Positions 9,801 to 19,078 of a DNA stretch of 64,000 nucleotides are shown piece by piece. The stretch spans positions 64,001-128,000 of the forward strand of contig JAVLKG010000012.1 in the NCBI GenBank assembly GCA_032128875.1, read 5' to 3'. Made by a program: the position numbers and the translations under genes. The stretch's first letter is position 1; every line of letters starts with the position of its first letter. The DNA comes from Candidatus Melainabacteria bacterium 17Bon1m (lineage in GTDB: Bacteria; Cyanobacteriota; Vampirovibrionia; Obscuribacterales; Obscuribacteraceae). The notes below the pieces were generated by a model, which was not told the origin of the DNA, made no database searches, and saw only the letters and a program-made list of their open reading frames with translations.

Positions 9801-9982
9801 GTCTCTTGGTGCACGGATTGCTGCAGCGAAACGTGGTGCTCTATGTACCGGGATTGAATGCATCGCTCACGCATGTTCATAGAATCGCATATGGTGCTGC
9901 CATCATGTTCATGGCTTCATCCCTACCTGGAATCGTGAATTGGTTTGTCGCATCTGCACGCGACGCGAATCTATTCAGTTAA
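6833..9982 (+). CDS. Integral membrane VIT + VWA-like domain protein with C-terminal pilin-like hydrophobic hairpin
   Basis: About 5 N-terminal TMs; VIT motif WTYVFKN..PQEARAEIALP.GTAVTGMTLW; VVVLDGS; GGQDN; LWIHGPQP; GLVTPVSSA. ATG 6833 chosen for GGAG RBS (track start 6809). Confidence 0.8.
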   Translation: MSDDINEDSDLAPEESDDLADLEDLAEPEDEQDDQEIYKDQETQKVQKVQKIQKIQKIQKVQEFHKDQKSHKDQKSRKEERTSKRNSDAEKVTKLRLDWKWKIPISFNDFCVVSLGVLIPLAVLLLGSAFAAKRLTLVLLNHPVETIVQIFFALLIPLANFRMWRSLRRQDYRFSAFRGIFSGAAVGAALTICAVSMASMVVGGEVMENEIGTTFGTGFTFLSTLTFLSMLVAIYQVNVFRLARDFRVSRAQITMFATIGVLLSIASLCATEAKSFYVRIAEKSAVTNDKAERQRGLNVLRTLDIERQLRMECTDDRAAGLSGLFIPIKSSTQRQLYFAITGKPFRDVNAGELSAMSDDYLRRHVVGEPVKGLTLVRSLLSGSLSPATLTSTVNWTYVFKNESAGPQEARAEIALPAGTAVTGMTLWKDGEPTDARIAVSVSEAGQGEQSWVQANHNCPAMLTPIGHGRFLLHCYPVEQDEELKIRMTMVVPLKAESASQAALPIPRFVAANFTLDGKHLLKVKSPLALKAHSKDLKQSHSTSGQHIVAGPLTKEELKGSEVGIAAQLPAKMEQVAVFDMISTKLKEQEEKEKLKRKREQELEAQAQAEAELAEEEGKPQQVVVMIDGSRGVRQQLEDVARVLKPGKAKKKAIQALKKGQVAKRYVVETIKPICVKPPKNLVVVLDGSSALAGQEKEIIAALRSVPKGVITTVMVASDEQKKELESLEVESGIKLISNMKFAGGQDNLQAVVNASELAGESANGAVLWIHGPQPAFNREIYIMSQYSNVPAFYEYSIDSGETDTLEFFKNHAEIGPFSQIPKSGSMGKDIASFLSRWRSDRTNYAVALAETIEKPTCRMATPKESMELLALRANAYCEQLLSERRAARAATIAATYGLVTPVSSAIVNEAVGRNLHLGEAPVQTREQDSDVPTLQGATNGTIGPQGTDATYVTGINTAGTVRVNNLANLEALLNVITNLAEMVGLTLGFGLLVHGLLQRNVVLYVPGLNASLTHVHRIAYGAAIMFMASSLPGIVNWFVASARDANLFS
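6962..7060 (+). repeat. In-frame 9-bp tandem repeat (CAAAAGATT-like) encoding QK[V/I] x6, QEF, then HKDQKS x2
   Basis: Directly visible in DNA and protein. Confidence 0.9.
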
Positions 9983-10006
9983 CAGACTTCAGTGATGCGA
10001 AGGGCG

Positions 10007-10039
10007 ACAGGGGGAGCGTAAGTTCCCTCTGTTTCTTTT
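10007..10039 (+). terminator. Rho-independent terminator
   Basis: ACAGGGGGAGC-GTAA-GTTCCCTCTGT followed by TTCTTTT, between convergent genes. Confidence 0.75.
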
Positions 10040-10042
10040 GGA

Positions 10043-11746
10043 CTATTTATCTGCATTCTCCAGCAGTCTGTTTACTATGTTGTAAACAAGAACAGCTAGC
10101 AATACAGGAACAACCCATTGGTAAACAGGGTTGTGTGCCAAATAGCTGTTGAGCTCTACCAAATATTTTGCAGCCATGAAGAACAAATTGTCATCACGCA
10201 TTTCTTTCGGGTCAATCGGTAAAATCAATCGCCCGTTCAAAGGTTCGAAGACAATCAATGTCGCAATGACCGCGACCAGTCTAATTACATCGTGACCGCT
10301 GACGCTGAAGTCTGCGGGCTCTTTTGCTGTGGTAGGCGGTTGTGTAACAGGAATTGGCTTTGTCGCATCACCCGAATTTTGTTTTGTATTGTTGGAAGTT
10401 GAAGCAGAGTTCTCATGCGTTTCAGTATCATGCGAAATTTTTGAACTCAGTCTGTCTGCCTCATCAATAACGAGCGTCGACTTTGAGCTTGTATCGTTTG
10501 CATTTCCTTTGAACTCATCTGAGGATGACGAAGCATTCTTGATTGAAGCTGAAGAAGCATCATCTTGCTCCTTTAGCTGCACCTGTTCCGGAATTTTTTC
10601 AACCACCTTTGCGGACATTGCCTCGCCTTCTTCAACCACCGCATGCGGTGCATGGGCTGGATTTTGCAGGTGTCCCTTCCCTGCGCCTACGAGGTCGCTG
10701 TCGTTATTGCTTTTGCTGTCGCTCTCGTTATCGCTTGTTTTTGCGTCTTCGAGCTGTTCTTTCAACGCACGCTCTGCAAGCGGTTTTATGTCGTTGAGCA
10801 GCGAGGCAACTTCTTTGGCAGAACCGTAGCGATTTTCAGGTTGCTTTTCTATGCATCGCATGATCAACTGCGCCAACTCATTCGGCAGAGGCGTTTTTGT
10901 TTTGAATGATGTAATGTGCTCCGGTGGCTGCACTAAATGCATTGCCATGGTTGCTTGTTCGTTTATTCCAGAAAATGGCAAGTTGCCGGTGAGTGTTTCA
11001 AACATCACACAGCCTAAGCTGTAAATATCAGAGCGCGCATCAAGATCTTTTCCCTTGATCTGCTCAGGGCTCATGTAAAGCGGAGTTCCGAGGACGAAAT
11101 CTGCTTTTGTGAGCTTTGTGAGTTCTTTTTCTTTGAATACCGCAATGCCAAAATCGACAAGCAAAGCCTGTCGATCTCCATCTTCAGATTCGACGAGCAT
11201 TATGTTGCTTGGTTTTAGATCTCGATGAACAATGCCCTTTGAATGCGCATGCTGAAGTGCTCTCGCCACTTGCTCAAATATTTGGCAGGCTTCAACGCAA
11301 GGTAGTGATTTTACTCTTTCGAGATAATCCTCGAGCGTTTCACCCTTCAGTAAGTCCATCACGAAGAAAGGCTGCTCTTTGTCTGTAAGCCCAAAGTCGT
11401 GCACTGCTGCGATGTTTCGATGACTAAGGCCGCCCTGAGCTTTGGCTTCGCGCATAAAGCGTTCTTTCTTGACCCTGTCGTTAAGAGCTTGCGATTGCAA
11501 GACCTTAATTGCCACTTCTTTGTTCAAAATCAGATGTCGCGCTTTATATACGACACCCATGGCACCACTGCCAAGGTGCGCAAGTATCTCGTACTTATCG
11601 CCCAACACTTTGCCGCGAATCAGCTCGGGATCGCTCTTGCTGCTGGCGTTTGTTTCAACAGTCTCGTCATTATCCGGCGGCGTGTCATCACCACGGGCGG
11701 TGTTGCCCGAATCGGGATCCCGTCCTTCTTTGTTTTTACCGCTCAT
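10043..11746 (-). CDS. Ser/Thr protein kinase with low-complexity linker and two C-terminal hydrophobic segments
   Basis: GSGAMGVV, VAIK, HRDLKPSN, DFG, YMSPE. Confidence 0.92.
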   Translation of the reverse strand: MSGKNKEGRDPDSGNTARGDDTPPDNDETVETNASSKSDPELIRGKVLGDKYEILAHLGSGAMGVVYKARHLILNKEVAIKVLQSQALNDRVKKERFMREAKAQGGLSHRNIAAVHDFGLTDKEQPFFVMDLLKGETLEDYLERVKSLPCVEACQIFEQVARALQHAHSKGIVHRDLKPSNIMLVESEDGDRQALLVDFGIAVFKEKELTKLTKADFVLGTPLYMSPEQIKGKDLDARSDIYSLGCVMFETLTGNLPFSGINEQATMAMHLVQPPEHITSFKTKTPLPNELAQLIMRCIEKQPENRYGSAKEVASLLNDIKPLAERALKEQLEDAKTSDNESDSKSNNDSDLVGAGKGHLQNPAHAPHAVVEEGEAMSAKVVEKIPEQVQLKEQDDASSASIKNASSSSDEFKGNANDTSSKSTLVIDEADRLSSKISHDTETHENSASTSNNTKQNSGDATKPIPVTQPPTTAKEPADFSVSGHDVIRLVAVIATLIVFEPLNGRLILPIDPKEMRDDNLFFMAAKYLVELNSYLAHNPVYQWVVPVLLAVLVYNIVNRLLENADK

Positions 11747-11757
11747 TTTTTATGTGA

Positions 11758-13992
11758 TTATGCGGATGCTGAAGCCAGCTTGCTTGGTTCTTTTTCGTCT
11801 TCGTCAGATGGATCGAGGCTGTATCCCTTGAGCCAACCGTTTGACGTATGAATGGATGAACGCAGGGCTTCTGCACTGCCTTCGTTGAGAGCAATCTCTT
11901 TGTACATTGCCAACAATTGCAATGTGGTGAGCATTAGCACATTCTTCTTACTTGCGTAATCTGCCAATTCACCGGAATAATCGGTGTCGGTGATCTTCGG
12001 TGGCGGCTTATCTTCCGCTTGGGCAGCAATTAAGATGCCCTTAGGTTCTGCGCCTTGTTCGCACCAGTATCTTGTTTGTGCAATCGAGAGCTGACCGAGG
12101 TGTGTGCGCTCCGGCAAGCCTTGAGTCCAAATAATTCTGCAGATTGAAACTTTGTCATCGGATTCGAGGCGAAGCTCTTGCTTGTCGTCTTCAACAATTT
12201 TGACGCGCCATCCGAGACGAGCTAGCACCTTTCCGCAGGCTTCGACGAGGTCTTCGCCTGTTGCTGTGAGAAGAGTGTTACGCAGGCTCTTGGTAGCGGC
12301 CAAGCGGTTTTCAACTTCTTTGATTTTGGTTTGAGCGTTGCGAACTTGCTCATTTAGATTGTCGAGATCTTTCACCAATAGGTTCAGCTCTGAAGCAAAG
12401 TATTTGCTGCACCAGTCGGGGACTTTCGTGTCTTGCATCGTATTTCCGCTCCATGCTCCGTTTTTCGTCTTCTCAACAATTTCTTGTTCGAACTCTTTGT
12501 TTGCTGCTACCGATTCAGACTGTTCTGACTCTTCGCCTTTTTCGTTCGACTTGCTGTCTTCAGCTTTTTCTTCTTTCGAGCCCTTATTTTTGTCTTTGGA
12601 TTCCGTATCAGAACCAGACATTTCTTGAACGGCATCAGCCATTTTATCGAGAGTACTCTTTGAAACGCTCTGTGCGTCGCTCTCGGGCTTGCCAGGACTA
12701 AAGTCCTCTTCATTGGACTTATCTTCCGGCGCTTTTTCCGCCTCTGAATCAGTTATTTTATCGCTACTTGAAGTTTCCTGCTCTTTCTCATCGCTGCTGG
12801 CAGGCTCTTTTTCTTCAGAAGTTTTGTCAAGATTTCCATTGTCCGAGAAAAGACCTTGCAAGTCTTTTTCCGACGGTTGGTCGTCGTCTTTCTTATTCTT
12901 CTTGCCTTTGTCCTTGGCTTCAGCTTCTTCCGACTTGTCTTTGCCGTTGTCTTTGCCGTTTTGCTTTGTGGTTTCTTTTTCGGATGCTTTTTCGGACTCT
13001 TTGTCTTTGTCAGACGGCTTGTCGTCAAGCTTCGAGACCTCAGAAAGAGACTCGTGTTCGAGCGCTTCCATCAGCATTGAAGCGGTAATTTGCAAACCTT
13101 CTTCTTTCTTTTCTGACGCGTCGGACGAATCTTCCTTTTTCTCGGAATTCTCTTCTTCTTTATCGTCCTTATCTTCTTTAGCGTCCTTTTTATTCTTGGA
13201 CTCTTTGACCTCGGACTCAGACTTTTCGTCCTTCGCGTCCTTATCATCTTTTGAGTCTTTTGCGTCTTTGGAATCTTTATTATCTTTAGCGTCTTCCGCT
13301 TCCGCTTTCTCGACTGCGTCTTTGGCTTTTTGAGCATCTTTAGGTGCAATGGTCATGCTCATTTCTTCTTCATTGAACGAGCCTTCTTTTGCTTTTGCTT
13401 GCGCCAAAACTTCTTTCAGCGAAGTCATTGAAGAAATATCTGTCTCTCGCGTCGGCGCATAAGGAGTGGTTTTCTCGTTAGCACTAACCTTCACTTCTTG
13501 AGATTCGACAGGAGATTCGACTGATCCGATGTCGACCGGAGAAAACTGGTCTCCTCCACCGACCGACTGGTTTTCGATGACAAACCAGAACAGCGAAACG
13601 CCCACTTTTAGGACGTCTCCGTCATTAATGGGGATTGGTCCGGCGATTTGATTTCCGTTCAGGAAAGTACCGTGGCGGCTCTTGCTGTCCTGCACCATGT
13701 ACTGGTCGGAATCTTTGGTAATGACAAAATGAAATCTTGAAATTGATTGGTCGCCAGAAATGACGATGTCATTGAGATCGTCGCGACCTACTTTGCACCT
13801 GGGCGTAGTAATTGGAATTTTGCGATTGGAGACAAGGTCGACCAAAAAGGCAGTCGGCACTTCATTTCCGTCTCCGCCGTGTTGGAGGTGCAATTTATCG
13901 GTCAATTCCGAAACCTTGACGTCGGTGACCGTGCAATACGGACAGAGTTCTTCAGTGTGAGAGCGCTTGCATACTGCGCACGTAGTGGCCAT
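11758..13992 (-). CDS. Zn-ribbon + FHA domain protein with long charged linker, coiled coil and C-terminal restriction-endonuclease-like domain
   Basis: CAVC..CPYC; FHA motifs VGR, SISRFH, SRHGTFLNG; ATG 13992 follows GAAGGA RBS (track start 14079). Confidence 0.8.
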   Translation of the reverse strand: MATTCAVCKRSHTEELCPYCTVTDVKVSELTDKLHLQHGGDGNEVPTAFLVDLVSNRKIPITTPRCKVGRDDLNDIVISGDQSISRFHFVITKDSDQYMVQDSKSRHGTFLNGNQIAGPIPINDGDVLKVGVSLFWFVIENQSVGGGDQFSPVDIGSVESPVESQEVKVSANEKTTPYAPTRETDISSMTSLKEVLAQAKAKEGSFNEEEMSMTIAPKDAQKAKDAVEKAEAEDAKDNKDSKDAKDSKDDKDAKDEKSESEVKESKNKKDAKEDKDDKEEENSEKKEDSSDASEKKEEGLQITASMLMEALEHESLSEVSKLDDKPSDKDKESEKASEKETTKQNGKDNGKDKSEEAEAKDKGKKNKKDDDQPSEKDLQGLFSDNGNLDKTSEEKEPASSDEKEQETSSSDKITDSEAEKAPEDKSNEEDFSPGKPESDAQSVSKSTLDKMADAVQEMSGSDTESKDKNKGSKEEKAEDSKSNEKGEESEQSESVAANKEFEQEIVEKTKNGAWSGNTMQDTKVPDWCSKYFASELNLLVKDLDNLNEQVRNAQTKIKEVENRLAATKSLRNTLLTATGEDLVEACGKVLARLGWRVKIVEDDKQELRLESDDKVSICRIIWTQGLPERTHLGQLSIAQTRYWCEQGAEPKGILIAAQAEDKPPPKITDTDYSGELADYASKKNVLMLTTLQLLAMYKEIALNEGSAEALRSSIHTSNGWLKGYSLDPSDEDEKEPSKLASASA

Positions 13993-14215
13993 AACGTTTC
14001 CTTCCCGAAAGGTGGACCTTGCCACCCCCCACATAGCTCTTGCTGCTATGCCATAAAAATAGCAGCTTCTATATGTCACTCATTAAATGTGCCACGGTAT
14101 GGAGAATATAAACCCGGCTTGGCATCCCTTGAGGGCGCCTGCAAAAGGGTTTTGACCTGTTGGGCTGACCGATAATCCGTTAAATATTGGCTGGGCGCCG
14201 TTTCAGGCTCTCGCG

Positions 14216-15172
14216 CTAGGGCATTTCGTCCATCTTCGGACGTTTCACAGGCTTAGCTTCCAGACCATCACTTTCGGAAAGTCCCAAATCCTGGTCACCC
14301 AACATCATCTCGACTTCCGTCTTTACTTTCTTGTAGCCGGCGATTGGCTTGAATTCGTCTTTTGTGATGTTGCTCTTCGTGAGCTTTACCGTTTCCCAGA
14401 TGCTGGTAATTTTTCCGTTTTTCTGACGCAAGCTGATGCTTAAGGGCAGTCCGTCCTCGGCGGGAATTCCAAAAATCTTGCCCATCAGCTCATTAAACTG
14501 TTTTGGAACGCACGGGTCTTTGGCGACCCACATCTCTGCTTCCCTGACTGTAACGGGCTTCATTGCAGCAGTTTTTGCAGGCACTTTGACTGCTTTTGCT
14601 GCGGAACCGGGCGCGCCATTCTTACCCTGCGTTCCCGGCATCCCTGTGCCACCAGGCATTCCCGGTGCCCCAGCCTGAAAAGTCGCCATAATCAAGTACT
14701 GTCTTGTGTTGAGACCGTGCATAACCTTTGTGTTATTGGTCTTTTCAAGTTTCAAGGTCGTTCTTTTCTTTGCCATTGGCATGAACGACTGGCGTTTTGT
14801 CCATTCGTTGTAAGGCAAGTCCATGTAGCATTCGGTGCTTGTGTTGTAAATTTGCGCGTTCCATTTCGGTGCCGTCAAAATCCATGTGAGTCCCATACGG
14901 TCGGACTTTACGCGAATGCCTTCTTTGCACATCTGGCAGGAAAGTGTGCCAGCATAGTTGCTCGTGGCTTCTACTCTGTAGCCGAAAGAGCCTGCTGCGG
15001 TTGTGGTTGCGGATTCCGTCTTTGTTTTGGATGTTGCCGCCGAGGATGCAGATTGAGCGACGGAAACAGTTGGTGTCTTCGCTTGCAGAGCGGCGCCGGA
15101 CAGGGCAAAAGCTGCCAGCACGCCTAAAAATGCCACTTTTTTGTTGACCAGACCCACTGAGCAATCCCTCAT
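14216..15172 (-). CDS. Secreted protein, DUF4412-like
   Basis: Signal-peptide-like N-terminus; TKVMHGLNTRQY, EMWV, GLPL and F.P..GYKKV pattern. Start uncertain. Confidence 0.5.
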   Translation of the reverse strand: MRDCSVGLVNKKVAFLGVLAAFALSGAALQAKTPTVSVAQSASSAATSKTKTESATTTAAGSFGYRVEATSNYAGTLSCQMCKEGIRVKSDRMGLTWILTAPKWNAQIYNTSTECYMDLPYNEWTKRQSFMPMAKKRTTLKLEKTNNTKVMHGLNTRQYLIMATFQAGAPGMPGGTGMPGTQGKNGAPGSAAKAVKVPAKTAAMKPVTVREAEMWVAKDPCVPKQFNELMGKIFGIPAEDGLPLSISLRQKNGKITSIWETVKLTKSNITKDEFKPIAGYKKVKTEVEMMLGDQDLGLSESDGLEAKPVKRPKMDEMP

Positions 15173-15390
15173 AAACGCCAGAACTCCTATGTGCCTTGAA
15201 TTTGGTCCTATAAACCCTGGGTAAATAGCTAAAGGCAGATAGGCCTGCAAAAAGCCTGCCTTAAACCTGGCGAGTATAGATAATAGGATAACAGTTGTTC
15301 TAACCCCGTTACGAATTTAGGGCATCAGTTGGAATTCTGCTAAAACCTCAAGTGGTACTGCTAGTAGTGTCTATGAAAACGTGATTTGAC

Positions 15391-17571
15391 GTGCCGGAAA
15401 ACGACAAGAGCAAATTCGATAAACCCAATAGAATGGACACACCGGTTGCCTCCGAAGGCGTCGCCGGTGGTGCCGGAAATGCTGCCGGTGCAGGCCAAGG
15501 GAAGAAGATTGATCCGGCGTTTGTAAGAGATAATTTCTTCTCGTTGTCGTCACTGGACGAGATTGACGATGAAGATGACGATAACGATGATCTCGAAGAG
15601 CTGTCAGAGTTTACGCGGCAATTCGTCGGTTCCATAATTCAAAATCGTTATGAGGTAGAAGAACCGATCGGACGGGGCGGTATGAGTTCCGTCTACAGAG
15701 CGCGCGACATGACTACTGGTCAGCAGGTCGCTTTCAAAGTTATGCATGCGCACTTGCTGGATAACCCTGCCAACGTTCGTCGTTTTCGCCGAGAAGCTCA
15801 GGCCGCCAACAAAGTCCGCCACCCGCATGCCGTGCAAATTTTTGACGTTGGTGTCACACCTAACGGCAGTCCCTACATCATTATGGATTTCCTCGATGGT
15901 CCATCATTGTCCGATGTGATTGCGCAGAACGGTAAATTACCTGTAGAGCGGTGTTTGAAGATCTTTATTCAAGCTTGTGAAGGCATGGCTCATGTGCACG
16001 AACTTGGCGTTTTGCATCGAGATTTGAAGCCAAGTAATATTGTTCTTGTGAAAGAAGGCGACGATGTCGACTATGTGAAGGTAGTGGACTTCGGAATTGC
16101 CCGGGTTTTAGCTGAAGAAGCACGCAGCACTCTCAGTAAAACACCCACCGGACACGCATTGGGAAGTCCACCGTATATGAGCCCTGAGCAATGCCGTGGC
16201 CTCAGCGTCGATAAGCGCGCAGACATTTATTCTATGGGTTGTCTCATGTACGAGGCTCTGACTGGGAGAGTTCCGCTTGAAGGTGAGACGATCGTCGAGA
16301 CGATGTACAAGCAAGTGCATGAACTGCCGAAAAGTGTTGACGGGGTAGATGCCGATGTTCGGCTTGTTGAACGCCTCGAGAAAATCTTGTTCAAAGCACT
16401 CAGTAAAGATCCGAATAATCGACAACAGTCGATGGATGAACTGAAGGCTGAATTGGAAGCGCTTCAGACCAAGGAAGCGAAAGGACTTAAATCTGTTGCG
16501 CTGGCTTCGCGTGAAATGCATGAAGTACGCCGTCGCATTTTCAATGTCCTTGGATCATCGAAGAAGCTCGTGATCAGTCTTATTTGTGTGGTCATACTGG
16601 TTGTCGGGGCCGGTATTGCGATGTACTTTCCGCTCTACGGATTGGGGGCTGACCCCAGTGCTGTCGAGCGCGATATTGCGATCGAGCAGCCAAAGTCTTT
16701 GTACGCTGCAAAACCAGCGGAGTTCAAAATCAAGGAAGAGTATTTCCGCACCAGGCGAAAGCTCGCCCATCAGACTAGCGGAGAAAGCAGTCCGCAAGGG
16801 CTGGAAGTCGAGCGCATGATCGCTGAGTTTTACAAACTTGCCGGTCGCTATAACGAAGCTCAACAGCGATACCAAATGTGTTTGCAGATTGCCGGCAACA
16901 TCAATTTGGCGGGTTCGTTGGACGCAGCGGAGTTGTGGATCGAATGCGGCAAATGCTGCATTCTCAATGGCAAACCAGGATTAGCGCAAATTTGCGCCAG
17001 CAATGCTTTGCATGTATTAGAGCAACTATCAAAACTTGGCGGGCAAGACCATTTGCGTGCGTTGGCAATTACGGTTGATGCTTATCGCGGTCAGAAATTG
17101 TATGCGAAGGCTGACGATGCTGCTCTTCAATTCATCAAGGTCTGGAAGGAGAGTGGGCAAAGCAGCATCTTGAGCAGTGAAATGGGTTATCCGTGTTACA
17201 CAGTGGCTGAGCACTTGAGGCAACGAAATTACCTCGACATGGCCGACCCTTTGTTCAAGCAAGCTGCGGCGTGCTTCAGAGAGCAGGGTGATAAAGGACG
17301 CTACAACTATGCGATTTGTCTGAATCAATTGGGTTTGATCGAAATGGCTCGCGGCAAGCCTGCGCAGGCGAGAAAGTACTTTGATAAAGCCATAGTATTT
17401 TTCAAGAAGGCGAAAGGAAAAGAAGATATTTCCGTAGCCAAGGTCCTTTTTAATCTCAAGGACGCCGAGATGAAAATGGGCGATATTTTCGATGCGGTTG
17501 CCAATCGCGCCACGGCCAAGCGAATTTGGAATGACTGGGAGCAGAACACCCACGAGCCCGGTTTGCCCTAG
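15391..17571 (+). CDS. Ser/Thr protein kinase with TM segment and TPR repeats
   Basis: GRGGMSSV, HRDLKPSN, DFG, YMSPE; TM LVISLICVVILVVGAGIAMYF. Confidence 0.92.
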   Translation: MPENDKSKFDKPNRMDTPVASEGVAGGAGNAAGAGQGKKIDPAFVRDNFFSLSSLDEIDDEDDDNDDLEELSEFTRQFVGSIIQNRYEVEEPIGRGGMSSVYRARDMTTGQQVAFKVMHAHLLDNPANVRRFRREAQAANKVRHPHAVQIFDVGVTPNGSPYIIMDFLDGPSLSDVIAQNGKLPVERCLKIFIQACEGMAHVHELGVLHRDLKPSNIVLVKEGDDVDYVKVVDFGIARVLAEEARSTLSKTPTGHALGSPPYMSPEQCRGLSVDKRADIYSMGCLMYEALTGRVPLEGETIVETMYKQVHELPKSVDGVDADVRLVERLEKILFKALSKDPNNRQQSMDELKAELEALQTKEAKGLKSVALASREMHEVRRRIFNVLGSSKKLVISLICVVILVVGAGIAMYFPLYGLGADPSAVERDIAIEQPKSLYAAKPAEFKIKEEYFRTRRKLAHQTSGESSPQGLEVERMIAEFYKLAGRYNEAQQRYQMCLQIAGNINLAGSLDAAELWIECGKCCILNGKPGLAQICASNALHVLEQLSKLGGQDHLRALAITVDAYRGQKLYAKADDAALQFIKVWKESGQSSILSSEMGYPCYTVAEHLRQRNYLDMADPLFKQAAACFREQGDKGRYNYAICLNQLGLIEMARGKPAQARKYFDKAIVFFKKAKGKEDISVAKVLFNLKDAEMKMGDIFDAVANRATAKRIWNDWEQNTHEPGLP

Positions 17572-17690
17572 CCCCTGACATCCGGATTAATTCAGCCAGA
17601 ACCCGTGTGAATACAACACAAATGGGTGATCTTCCGAATCAAGCAGTCTACAATTAGGACCTCGTTAGTTATCTAGGTGGTTATCAAGCG

Positions 17691-18149
17691 ATGAGTGAAG
17701 CAGAAGGCGCCTCCGCAACGTGCGCTACATTTCTTGAGATGCTCAAGACACTTCCCTGGTGCAAACAAGGGACGGATGTTCTGGTGGCAGTTCATAAAAT
17801 CACACCGGAAATCATTGAAGTCATAAAAGACTTAGGCGCCAACGTTTACCCGGGCGGTATTCACGTAAAATTGAATAAGTCGTTTTTGCACGATCTGCAG
17901 AATAAGTTTGATGATGGGCAGCCACTGCCAGCGGTGCTTGTCTGGAAGCCGCAAAATGTCGAGATTTGGTACAGACGTCAGAACTCGAGTGATTTCCCTT
18001 ACGATGCCTGGCAAAATCCGCAAGGCGCATCGCAGGAGAGAGAATGCGTTCTCGTATCTGTAGATACACTCGGAGACGGCGCTGCTGCTTCGCAATCTGA
18101 AATTGTAGGGAAGGCAAAAGAATGCCCTTCCATGATTCCTCCACAGTGA
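17691..18149 (+). CDS. Hypothetical protein
   Basis: 152-aa ORF with AGGTGG RBS; no recognised motif. Confidence 0.6.
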   Translation: MSEAEGASATCATFLEMLKTLPWCKQGTDVLVAVHKITPEIIEVIKDLGANVYPGGIHVKLNKSFLHDLQNKFDDGQPLPAVLVWKPQNVEIWYRRQNSSDFPYDAWQNPQGASQERECVLVSVDTLGDGAAASQSEIVGKAKECPSMIPPQ

Positions 18150-18157
18150 AGACAACA

Positions 18158-19078
18158 ATGAAAGACAAGTTCAATCGCCGTCGCGGTTTTGCAAACGGCA
18201 TCAATTTCGCTATGGCTCTTAGCTTATTTTGTGGAACACTTTCGGTGAGTGCGGCAGCGCCAGAGCCGACGTGGGAAAGTTTGCACAGGCACGGTAAAGA
18301 CAATTTCGAAAGAGGCAATTACGAATCAGCGCTCAAGGATTTCAAACAAGCGCTGGATCTCTCTGAGAAATTCCCTGAAAATGATCCGCGCCGTGGCAAA
18401 ACACTCAATAATCTTGCCACCACTTACGATTATCTCGGTAAGTACAGCGAAGCATGCACATCGGCAGAGCTCTCCGTTAAATACGGAGAGAAGATAATGC
18501 CGGCGGAAGATCCGACATTGATGAGACGTTTGGATTTTCTCGCTACTCTTTATTTGAAAACCAATAAATTTGAGAAGAGTCAGGAAGCGTCGGAGCGTTA
18601 TCTAAAGTACGTCGAAAAGACAAAAAGCAAAGACGACAAAGAGTGCGCTCGTGTTTTGGATAACATTGTTGTAGCGCTTCATGCGCTTAAGAAGAGTGCC
18701 GAAGCTGAGCCTTATTCCAAACGCGCCTTGTTGATTTGGGAGCGCACCACTAGCGAAGAGAGCAAATCTGTTGCGAAGGAGCTTAGCGTGCTGGCCGGTC
18801 TGCAATTAGATCAAAAGAAGTACGCGGAAGCCGAAGCGTCTAGTCGTCGTGCACTTTCACTGTTTGAAAAACACTACGGCAAGAAAGATCAAAACACTGC
18901 CGTAGCTCAGGCATCGTTGGCGGAGATTTTGGCAAAACAAGACAACGCCGCGAAGAAGACAGAAGCAGATGCGTTGTTCAAACAATCGATTGCTACTCTG
19001 AAACGTGGAAAGGGCGAGCAATCATTGAAAGTCACCGAGAGCGTGACGAAGGTCTATAAAGACCTGCTCCCTAACTAG
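18158..19078 (+). CDS. Secreted TPR-repeat protein
   Basis: Signal peptide ending SVSAAA; repeats such as TLNNLATTYDYLGKYSEA. Alternative GTG start at 18146 overlaps the upstream stop. Confidence 0.85.
   Translation: MKDKFNRRRGFANGINFAMALSLFCGTLSVSAAAPEPTWESLHRHGKDNFERGNYESALKDFKQALDLSEKFPENDPRRGKTLNNLATTYDYLGKYSEACTSAELSVKYGEKIMPAEDPTLMRRLDFLATLYLKTNKFEKSQEASERYLKYVEKTKSKDDKECARVLDNIVVALHALKKSAEAEPYSKRALLIWERTTSEESKSVAKELSVLAGLQLDQKKYAEAEASSRRALSLFEKHYGKKDQNTAVAQASLAEILAKQDNAAKKTEADALFKQSIATLKRGKGEQSLKVTESVTKVYKDLLPN

Noticed and set aside
12152-13349. Long Ser/Phe/Leu-rich antisense ORFs here and similar shadow ORFs across the window
   Set aside because: They are mirror or alternative frames of well-supported genes, especially low-complexity regions.
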